Assembly: GCF_006345805.1 (NCBI RefSeq)
Contig: NW_021832282.1
Location: forward strand, 62,001-126,000
Origin: Octopus sinensis
Taxonomy: Eukaryota
Reading direction: 5' to 3'
DNA length: 64,000 bases
The notes beneath the pieces were generated by a model, which had not been told where the DNA came from, searched no databases, and was given only the letters and a program-made list of their open reading frames with translations. The position numbers were made by a program, and so were the translations under genes. Positions 54,491 through 64,000 of the stretch are shown here, in pieces (position 1 is the first letter of the stretch; each line of letters opens with the position of its first letter).

Positions 54491-54792
54491 TCCCTCCCTT
54501 TTCCCTCGCTGTTCTTAGTGTATTCCACTTATAATTACCAAATGCTTTATCAAAATAAACTTGTTGGATCGCTATGATTTTACGAACATCAAATAGGAAA
54601 TTACATCGTGGATATATAAATATATACATATGTCCAAACATATGTACATATTTAATATTAGTAATTCAAATTTTCATTCATTAATATTATATACATCGTT
54701 AAAAAGTGACTACTACGGGTATAATTAATACTAATTGTATTATACAATTAATAAATCAAATCAGACATTAATTACCCACTCCCGGATAAAGG

Positions 54793-54801
54793 ACTTACTT
54801 G
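54793..54801 (-). promoter_or_regulatory. Candidate 5' splice donor of an upstream non-coding exon of the zinc-finger gene
   Basis: Minus strand CAA|GTAAGT in a short non-repetitive stretch between the palindrome and the next MITE; no transcript support available. Confidence 0.3.
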
Positions 54802-55095
54802 TATTTCTCCATAAATTTCTCATGTCTAATATTTTCTCTAAATAAATCCAGTCTCTTATTTTCTTGCTTTGGTTTTTCATTCATAAACTGAAATTTCACA
54901 ACAGATTTTACAAAACCTGGCTCGGGATAAACGAAACGAAGAAAACACTTGTTCAGGTAGTATCACCTGGTTTCTTCATCTCTTCATCCTTTTAGACTTC
55001 CGTTCGAGAAGTACGTTAAAAATAAGAACTGTTTTTCATTTGTTCCTCAAACTAATTTAGAGCCAGTTCGATACCTCTTCTCCTCTAGAAACATG

Positions 55096-55811
55096 GGATC
55101 TTTTCGGTTTAAACGGCAGTTTTTTCTAGCGGTGTTGTATGAAATTGTCGCCCATAATTATGACCCTAGTACCGATCTATTGCATTTCAATCTGTTTTAG
55201 GGTTAGGGTTAGGATTAGGGGTGGGGGAAAGATATCTTTTTTTCTTCACAAATGTAAATAAAACCAATCTGTTTCTTAAACGAGGGACATATTAATATGG
55301 TACAGAATGTTTTCACCTCAATAGACGTCATTGATTGGTTGAAATTGCAGAAATTGAAGAAATAAAACAACAAATATCTTACAAACTATAGAATTTTCTC
55401 AATAAAGCCAAGAGAAAAAGATGTTTTATAAACACATTCTACCAGTATACGAAGTTTAAAAGTGTTTAGTTACGTGGAAATTATTAAAAAAAACTGCCGT
55501 TCAAACAGAAAAGATCCCAAATATCTTACAAACTATAGAATTTTCTCAATAAAGCCAAGAGAAAAAGATGTTTTATAAACACATTCTACCAGTATACGAA
55601 GTTTAATAGTGTTTAGTTACGTGGAAATTATTTTTAAAAACTGCCGTTCAAACCGAAAAGATCCCAAATATCTTACAAACTATAGAATTTTCTCAATAAA
55701 GCCAAGAGAAAAAGATGTTTTATAAACACATTCTACCAGTATACGAAGTTTAATAGTGTTTAGTTACGTGGAAATTATTTTTAAAAACTGCCGGTCAAAC
55801 CGAAAAGATCC
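55096..55811 (+). mobile_element. MITE family C with three tandem 147-bp terminal units
   Basis: 5' TIR at 55096; GAAAAGATCC ends at 55517, 55664 and 55811. Confidence 0.8.
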
Positions 55812-56128
55812 GATTTGTGTTTTTTATATTTTAAGATTATCCTTACTCTGTTAGCTGAGTGAGTCTTTTTTACTACTTTTAAACCATTACCCCCACCCAT
55901 CTCTTTCCATCTTTCGAAACGTGGAGTAGATTAAACAGGGAATATTCTTTATGTTGCATGTCTCGTTTCTCTGTTTGTTTGTTTCTTTCTTTGTTCTAAA
56001 AAAAAAAAAGGTTCGTTTTTTATGTGTTTGTTTTTTATCTTCTCGTTTCTCATTTTGTATACGTTTTTTGATGTCCTGTACCCATATACATGCATGTATA
56101 TATACTATATATGTAGGTATGTACGTAG

Positions 56129-56174
<46 letters not shown>

Positions 56175-56300
56175 TAAATTAGAGATAAAACCACAATTAG
56201 GCAAATCAATCAGTGAAAAACATAAACCAAAATATAGAAATAAAATTAATTAATATAATATACAAAATATATAAAATTCAAAAATTTTAATTATTAATTT

Positions 56301-56558
56301 ATACTCTTTTACTTGTTTCAGTCATTTGACTGCGGCCATGCTGGAGCACCGCCTTGAGTCGAGCAAGTAGACCCCCGGGACTTATTCTTTGTAAGCCCAG
56401 TACTTATTCTATCGGTCTCTTTTGCCGAACCGCTAGGTGACGGCGACGTAAACACACCAGCATCGGTCGTCAAGCGATGCTAGGGGGTCAAACACACACA
56501 CACAAACATATACACACACATACATATACATACACACACACATATACATACACACACA

Positions 56559-56598
<40 letters not shown>

Positions 56599-56770
56599 CA
56601 TATATAGGACGGGCTTCTTTCAGTTTCCGTCTACCAAATCCACTCACAAGGCTTTGGTCAGCCCGAGGCTATAGTAGAAGACACTTGCCCAAGGTTTCAC
56701 GCTGTGGGACTGAACCCAGAACCATGTGGTTGGTAAGCAAGCTACTTACCACACAGCCACTCCTGCGCCT
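56301..56770 (-). mobile_element. SINE family E, full length (tRNA head, CORE-like segment, central CA/TA tract)
   Basis: Minus head AGGCGCAGGAGTGGCTGTGTGGTAAG...GGGTTCAGTCCC, then CCTTGGGCAAGTGTCTTC (resembles the CORE domain), ending AAACAAGTAAAAGAGTAT. Confidence 0.8.
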
Positions 56771-57355
56771 ATATTTATAAATTTTTATATCTTTTAATTA
56801 TTTTTAAAAATTTAAATTAATAAATTTTTAAAATTTTTAACCTTTTTTTTTTTAAATATATATAACTATCAAAAAGTTTAATACAAGATAATAAGTAATA
56901 TATATAATTTTGATTTCGATTTTACTTATCTCAACAGGTCTTCGCAAGCAGAGTTTAGTGTCCAATGAAGGAAAGTGTTTTAAAAATACGACAAACAAGT
57001 CTTTATCTCAGGTAAAATCGTTTTATTTAACAACAATACAAAGAATAACTGATTGACAGAGATTTATAAAGTTTAACTATAAAGAAACAATGAAGAATAG
57101 TCACTCTTTAAATATTACATTCGGAAACTGAATATGTGAACTTGTTTTTGTGAGTAACAGAATGTTACTGAAAATATGTGAATGTGGATATATGGGAAAA
57201 ATATCTTGGATTTCCAAGCTGAACTGCGATATATGCTGGTGAAAGATAAACTGTGATATAAGGAATTTAACAATACATATTTTTTTATATTGTCAAATGG
57301 ACTCGAGTGCCCTCTTTAAAGAATTTGAAAAAGTGCCAGAAAGATAACTGTGTGA

Positions 57356-58200
57356 TTGGTTAATAATAATAATGAAATTATTGTATACAGTGCTCAGGTG
57401 CCCCACAACTTGTCAAAAAGTGTGTATAAAGCATATGCAGTAATGTACAAATGTCTGGGAAGTGAACAGTGTATGAGTCAGATACATGCTTGTGTGTGTA
57501 TGGAGGGGAGAAAGATCAGGTGTAGTGTTGGTGAATCTCAGGAAGCATGGAAGTTTTGAAGGATGCAGTGCTCCGACAACTAACAACTGATGTCGGCAGT
57601 TTGTTCCATGCTTCAGCAACTCTCAGCATGAAAATATGTTTCCGAAAGTCATGGGAGCTGTGCTGTTTTCTGACTTTGTAAACATGTCCATGGGTGTTAG
57701 ACAGGTGGAGTTTTTAAATAATAATAATAATGAAATTATTGTATGCAGTGCTCAGGTGCCCCACAACTTGTCAAAAAGTGTGTATAAAGCATATGCAGTA
57801 ATGTACAAATGTCTGGGAAGTGAACAGTGTATGAGTCAGATACATGCTTGTGTGTGTATGGAGGGGAGAAAGTCAGGTGTAGTGTTGGCGAATCTCAGAA
57901 AGCATGGAAGTTTTGAAGGATGCAGTGCTCCGACAACTAACAACTGATGCCAGCAATTTGTTCCATGCTTCAGCAACTCTTAGCGTGAAAAAATGTTTCC
58001 GAAAGTCATGGGAGCTGTGCTGTTTTCTGACTTTGTAAACATGTCCACGGGTGTTAGACAGGTGGAGTTTGAAAAGGTGCTCAGAGTTGTTGTTTGTAAG
58101 ATGGTTAATAATTTTATGGGTGTCTGCCAAGTCAGCTGCCAGACGTCAGAGTTTCAATGTATTCATGCCCCGGGGAAGAAGTAAGGCGTTCAGAACATGG
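57356..58200 (-). mobile_element. CR1-clade LINE 3' end, tandemly duplicated
   Basis: NTRGHVYKV...FFTLRVAEAWNKL motif. The ~360-bp terminal segment with a (TAT)n tail occurs at ~57356-57715 and again from ~57716. Confidence 0.8.
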
Positions 58201-58445
58201 CAAATGCCTGATGGAGGGTATTAAAAACACAACAGTCATGTTACTTGTTCAATCATTTCTCACTGTGTTAATTTTTTTTTTTTATCATACGGCAAGACGT
58301 TAAAAAATAAGTACTTGTAATATATTAGTGTTCATTTAAATGGTAATTTCATCCCAGCAAATTATTATTACCATGTGCCAAAATATTTCGAAGTAGAGTC
58401 AACGATTGTGTAGATTATATGCAAAAAATGGTTTTGACATCTAAT

Positions 58446-58514
<69 letters not shown>

Positions 58515-58673
58515 TAGAAAAAACCCCACCTTTTATCAATTCAATAATGATTTATATATATATATATATACTATTTTGTGTAATTTGATTTAGTATTTCT
58601 AAATTAATTTTTCCCTGTAAGTTTGGAATAATATTCCCTTCATATTATTATTATTATATTATTATTATTATTA

Positions 58674-58761
<88 letters not shown>

Positions 58762-58768
<7 letters not shown>

Positions 58769-59340
58769 GTTGTATACTGTCAATCTAACAAGAATGTGAC
58801 AGTAGGGGGTACACCACCGTTGTATAGCCCTAGGAGCCATCGAACGCCTCCTGACAGCTTCGACACATTTTTTTCCCTGTGTTCTTATATACATATACGA
58901 AGGGGAGACAAACACCCCCAATCGCCGGAACTGCATCTAGGGACACGAGAGATTTAGAAATTCAATATTTCTTATTTTGATAATCAGTGAATAGACTTCA
59001 CTGAGTTTATATATATACAGATACGAAGTCCAGACAGATATCACCAGCCGACCGGTGTCTGCTACTCTAGGCCGATGAAGGACAATGATCCTGAAACACG
59101 GTGTCCCTAGATGCAGTTCTGGCGATTGGGGGTGTTTGTCTCCCCTTCGTATATGTATATAAGGACACAGGGAAAAAAATGTGTTGAAGCTGTCAGGAGG
59201 CGTTCGATGCCTCCTAGGGCTATACAACAGTGGTGTACCCCCTACTGTCACGTTCTTGTTAGATTGACAGTATACAACCATTCTATCGCCCCCACCACCG
59301 TACATCTCTCTACGAGAGATTTAGAAATTCAATATTTCTT
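58762..59340 (+). mobile_element. Penelope-like terminal-repeat structure: inverted copy, 29-bp direct repeats and hammerhead-containing copy
   Basis: 58762-58946 is the reverse complement of 59101-59285. ACGAGAGATTTAGAAATTCAATATTTCTT occurs at 58945-58973 and 59312-59340. Confidence 0.6.
59066..59111 (+). ncRNA. Candidate type I hammerhead ribozyme (U4C core variant)
   Basis: TCTAGG CCGATGA AGGA CAATGA TCCT GAA ACA CGG TGT C CCTAGA: stem I 6 bp, stem II 4 bp, stem III 3 bp, predicted cleavage after GTC (59105). Confidence 0.6.
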
Positions 59341-59692
59341 TTGGAATCTCCACTTATAGAAAATGGAAATAACAGTCTTTGACTGCCATTTCTAATTCCT
59401 TCGGTATGAGGCGAAACAGCCTGCTGCTAGCCACCTTATTTACTTTACTTATATATATATATATATAACATATATAAATTAGAGAAAAAACCCACTAGTA
59501 TGCAATTCAAACAATGATAGACATAAACCAAATTATAAATAAAAAATAAAATATGTTTTTATGAAACATATAACTAGATCACAAAAAGTATATCAGTTGT
59601 CAAGCGATGTTGCAGGGACTGAAACAAGTAAAAGAGTATTTGTCCATTTTTTTCAGCTCTCCCAGACAATTCCTCTCAAATGCTTTTCTCTT

Positions 59693-59728
59693 TCTTCTGA
59701 TGAAGGACTAGCGCCCGAAATATTATGA
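59693..59728 (+). ncRNA. Decayed minimal hammerhead-like motif
   Basis: TCTT CTGATGA AGG ACTAGCG CCC GAAATAT T ATGA: intact CTGATGA and GAAA, weak stems I and II. Confidence 0.3.
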
Positions 59729-60140
59729 TTCTTCCTTTTCCATTAAAACACATATGTTGAATGCTCTCCTTTGTGTGGTGTCATTTATGGTCCAATGCAT
59801 TTACCATATCTATCTGTCTATAATTCTATCTATCTACCTGTTCGTCCGTTTGTGTGTCTTCATGTATGCATGCATAGATGTGTTTCTACATATATGTATG
59901 TCTGAATTTCAAACTATGCAGTCCCTGGAATAGAATATATTCTACTTTAAAAGGACTGAGACGGTCACGGCTTTAATACTCTTTTCCACCGCTGAAATAT
60001 AAAAATGGAAGGAAAAATTTGATAAATCTATACTCCACGTTGATGATACACACACACACACACACACATGTACATGTATGTATATGATCGTATATATATG
60101 TTAGTATATATATATGTGGTGAATGTGCATATATAATATG

Positions 60141-60172
<32 letters not shown>

Positions 60173-60417
60173 AGTAAATAAATGGAGTTGAACGAAGATG
60201 TTAACAAAATTCCTTTACTCTCGACATATGTTTCAAAGACAACATTGGTTTTATTCCAAAGGAATAAACTGTGTAAAATGCAATCTTCTCATCAGGAAAG
60301 AAAGAGAGCCTATCTCAACAACAAGACATTATAAACATAGGTTTATAAGAGTAAAAGAGTATAGATTGAAAGTAAAAGAATTTTAATGACATCTGCGTTC
60401 AACTCCATTTATTTACT
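60173..60417. mobile_element. TA-flanked MITE (Tc1/mariner-type)
   Basis: TA|AGTAAATAAATGGAGTTGAACG ... CGTTCAACTCCATTTATTTACT|TA; the imperfect TIR extends to ~48 bp. Confidence 0.75.
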
Positions 60418-60841
60418 TATACTACACAAATTACTGCACATTAACCCGGGGTTTCTACCTTTGAATAGGTGGATACATCCTTGTTACTTGCATGAATTTT
60501 GCTACCCTGGTAACTGTTTATTGAATTTTCCATGTTAATGGTAAACGAAGGATAATTCATTCATCCATTTACATATATATATACATATATATGCATATGT
60601 ATACACACACACAAACGCACATACACACATAGTGAATTATGGTGTTGTGATCTAAGCTGTATAGATAACCACATCAACCAGTGAAAATTATATTATTTTT
60701 TAATCTTTGTCTGAAGAATTATGGATAGGAGATTCTTTTCATTTTTTTTTCCTACATGTATAATTTTGTAACTTCTATCCTGTAATGGAACAAGTGTATC
60801 ATGGATGTTAAAAATATACAAAAGATTTTCCAGTTTACTGT

Positions 60842-60878
<37 letters not shown>

Positions 60879-61603
60879 CTATATATATAATGTATGTATA
60901 TGTATATATTCTTTTATTCTTTTATTTACTTTGGTCATTTGACTGTGGCCAGCCGGAGCATATATATATGATCAAAATAAGCAACTGGATATCAAGTAGT
61001 AATGCAGTGCTATCTTCAGCTGCACAAAAAGTATATGGAACTTCAACAGGTAGGATATATTAATATAATTTTCCTTAAATATTTTAACAGTGCAGGAAGA
61101 GGGAAGAAATTCATGTTGTCGCTATTGTAGCAAGAATGGCTAAGAAAAACAGACTACAATTTCTTAGAATAGCATGGAACATAGTGGGGTAATGGGGTTG
61201 TAATTCATTTCCAAACTTATTTATCTCTTAATCGTCTACTACAACCTGAGACTAGAAGACTGTGTATATTTAGAATAAAGAGCAAAAGTGAGTTGACACC
61301 CCATGGCTAGCTATTAGTCATAAGTATTGTTATAGATAACCCTCTACCCACAAGAGAAAAGAAACAAAACTTTAGAAAGATTTAATTAGATAGAAGAGGT
61401 AGGGTAAGGATTGACTTTAATTCATGATGTTAATCACCGGTTAAAGGGGCAAAGCACTATGAAACTTAAGATGCTATAATGAGGATAAATTATCCTTTAT
61501 AAATTGCTATTTTTCTTGTTTTTAAATTGATATTTTTCAGTTAATTATGTTTGTGCAAAATATTTATACTATATTCTTTTATATAAGTGTATATATATTT
61601 GCT

Positions 61604-62460
61604 GGATCTTTTCGGTTTGAACGGCAGTTTTTAACATAATTTCTAGGTAACTAAACACTTTTAAACTTCGTATACTGGTAGAATGTGTTTATAAAACATC
61701 TTTTTCTCTTGGCTTTATTGAGAGAATTCTATAGTTTGTAAGATATTTGGGATCTTTTCGGTTTGAATGGGAGTTTTTTTAAATAATTTCCACGTAACTA
61801 AACACTTTTAAACTTCAGATACTGGTAGAATGTGTTTATAAAACATCTTTTTCTCTTGGCTTTATTGAGAGAATTCTATAGTTTGTAAGATATTTGGGAT
61901 CTTTTTGGTTTGAACGGGAGTTTTTTTAAATAATTTCCACGTAACTAAACACTTTTAAACTTCGTATACTTGTAGAATGTGTTTATAAAACATCTTTTTC
62001 TCTTGGCTTTATTGAGAAAATTCTATAGTTTGTAAGATATTTGGGATGTTTTCGGTTTGAACGGGAGTTTTTTAAAATATTTTCCACGTAACTAAACACT
62101 TTTAAACTTCATATTCTGGTAGAATGTGTTTATAAAACATCTTTTTCTCTTGGCTTTATTGAGAAAATTCTATAGTTTGTAAGATATTTGTTGGTTTTTT
62201 TCTTTAGTTTCTGCAATTTCAACCAATCAATGACGTCTATTGAAGTGAAAACATTCTGTGCCGTATGAATATGTCCTTCGTTTAAGAAAGAGATTGGGTT
62301 TATTTACATATGTAAAGAAAAAAATATACCCTTCCCCCCATCACTAACCCTAACCCTAAAACATATTGAAATGCAATAGATTGATACTAGGGTCATAATT
62401 ATGGGTGACAATTTCATATGATCCCGCTAGAAAAAACTGCCATTCAAACCGAATAGATCC
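61604..62460 (-). mobile_element. MITE family C with four tandem 146-147-bp terminal units
   Basis: GGAT(C/G)TTTT at 61604, 61750, 61897 and 62044; other TIR ends at 62460. Flanks TATTTGCT and TCTTTGCT (7/8 match). Confidence 0.8.
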
Positions 62461-62483
62461 TCTTTGCTTATATGTATATATAC

Positions 62484-62718
62484 AGGCGGGGAGCTGGCAG
62501 AGACGTTAGCACGCCGGGCGAAATGTGTAGCCGTATTTCGTGTGCCGTTACGTTCTGAGTTCAAATTCCGCTGAGGTCGACTTTGCCTTTCATCCTTTTA
62601 GGGGGTCGATTAAATAAAGTGCCAGTTATGCACTGGGGTCGATGTAATCGACTTAATCACTTTGTCTTTTTTTTTTTGTCCTCTCTGTGTTTAGCCCCTT
62701 GCGGGCAATAAAGAAATA
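62484..62718 (+). mobile_element. SINE family A, single copy
   Basis: AGGCGGGGAGCTGGCAGAGACGTTAG...GGGCAATAAAGAAATA. Confidence 0.85.
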
Positions 62719-62727
62719 TATATATAT

Positions 62728-63073
62728 GGCCGTCTGCCAGCCTCGTCTGGCACCTGTGTCGGTGGCACATAAAAAAACACCATCCGAGCGTGGCCGTCTG
62801 CCAGCCTCGTCTGGCACCTCTGTCGGTGGCACATAAAAAACACCATCCGAGCGTGGCCGTCTGCCAGCCTCGTCTGGCACCTGTGTCGGTGGCACATAAA
62901 AGCACCCTTTACACTCTCGGAGTGGTTGGCGTTAGGAAGGGCATCCAGCTGTAGAAACACTGCCAGATCTGACTGGCCTGGTGCAGCCTTCGGGCTTGCC
63001 AGACCCCAGTTGAACCGTCCAACCCATGCTAGCATGGAAAGCGGACGTTAAACGATGATGATGATGATGATGA
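62728..63073 (+). mobile_element. 63-bp-unit / RTE-tail SINE-related element, 5'-truncated
   Basis: Same units and (ATG)n tail as 40488-41101. Confidence 0.75.
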
Positions 63074-64000
63074 TATATACACATATATATATATGTATGT
63101 GTGTCTTAAAATGTTTATATACATATATATCTGACAATGCTTCATGAAATACACACACACACACACATAAATACATGCACATACACAATCATACAATCAT
63201 TTAAATTCAAATCAAGAGGATATATTTTACTTACTATCAACTGAATTTGTGAGACTATGATAATTGCCATTGCTTCCCAGTCTTATATTGGTTGTAAATC
63301 TCGTAATTGACTGCTGTGTCCACGTGATAGAAAAATGCATCTCACTAAAACAAATAAATTACAATTGATAGAAAATTTTCACAATTGTATTTACAAAAAC
63401 CACTTCTGTTTAATTAAATCAATGAGATTATCATTTCATCTCTGATCTTAGTGCATGTTTCAGAACCAGGTTGTTATTCATGATAAAAATGACATCTATT
63501 TAGGGTAAAGAGGATCTGTGAATCAAAGGCATTCCAACCATGACAAACCTGTCATATTTCCTACTTAGATAGAATGTATGTCGAACCACATCGACCAATG
63601 AGAGTACAGAATTTAGTGGAAAGAAAACCAGATTGTAATAGAAACATGATGTTCCATCAACTCTCACCTGTTCCATCATTTGGAATCATGTATATTTTTA
63701 AAATAAAGAATGCAGTGTTTTTAGCTCTAAAAGATGAAACAGTTGCTATGCAACCACAACTTTGTGTCAGCAGGTGTGTTTTGGGATAAGGGAATTCAAT
63801 AAGGAGTGTCAGAAAACTGAGTGTTCTACAGGGTGTCCACAAAGTCTGGGTACCCACATGGGTATTAACACATACTTTAAGAAATTATTATTTATTATAT
63901 GTAATTCTTTATGCTATGATTTTATTTGCTCCATGTACCCACATGGGTATTAACGTTTGTGTGTGCGTATGTGTGTGACCACACCCTAGTGGTTGAGGGA

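Noticed and set aside
63827-63990. TA|CAGGGTGTCC mariner-like left end with an internal 20-bp direct repeat
   Set aside because: The right TIR is not convincingly present before the window ends.

Overview
Repeat-dominated animal genomic DNA. It is most likely from an octopus-type coleoid cephalopod; this is an inference from the SINE families, the long (TA)n/(CA)n tracts and the style of the C2H2 zinc-finger array. About half the window (~3.3-34.9 kb) is one ~75-bp satellite array of roughly 415 copies, and nearly all long ORFs in the track are artefacts of this and other tandem repeats. The only convincing protein-coding region is a minus-strand C2H2 zinc-finger exon (50335-51504; 12 canonical fingers plus 1 degenerate finger) with decayed finger remnants downstream. 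The rest is tRNA-derived SINEs, CR1 and RTE LINE 3' fragments, several MITE families and microsatellites. Most notable: (1) a structurally complete type I hammerhead-ribozyme-like fold at 59066-59111 inside a Penelope-like inverted-repeat structure whose inverted copy begins ~5 nt from the predicted cleavage site, plus decayed hammerhead-like remnants elsewhere; (2) a ~2.5-kb imperfect palindrome starting ~45 bp from the putative 3' splice site of the zinc-finger exon; (3) a set of GG-terminated MITEs with 8-bp TSDs (Merlin-like); (4) the satellite's apparent single-monomer parent unit preserved next to the array; (5) 3'-terminal tandem amplification recurring in unrelated element families. 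All coordinates were read by eye, and repeat boundaries are approximate to a few bases.
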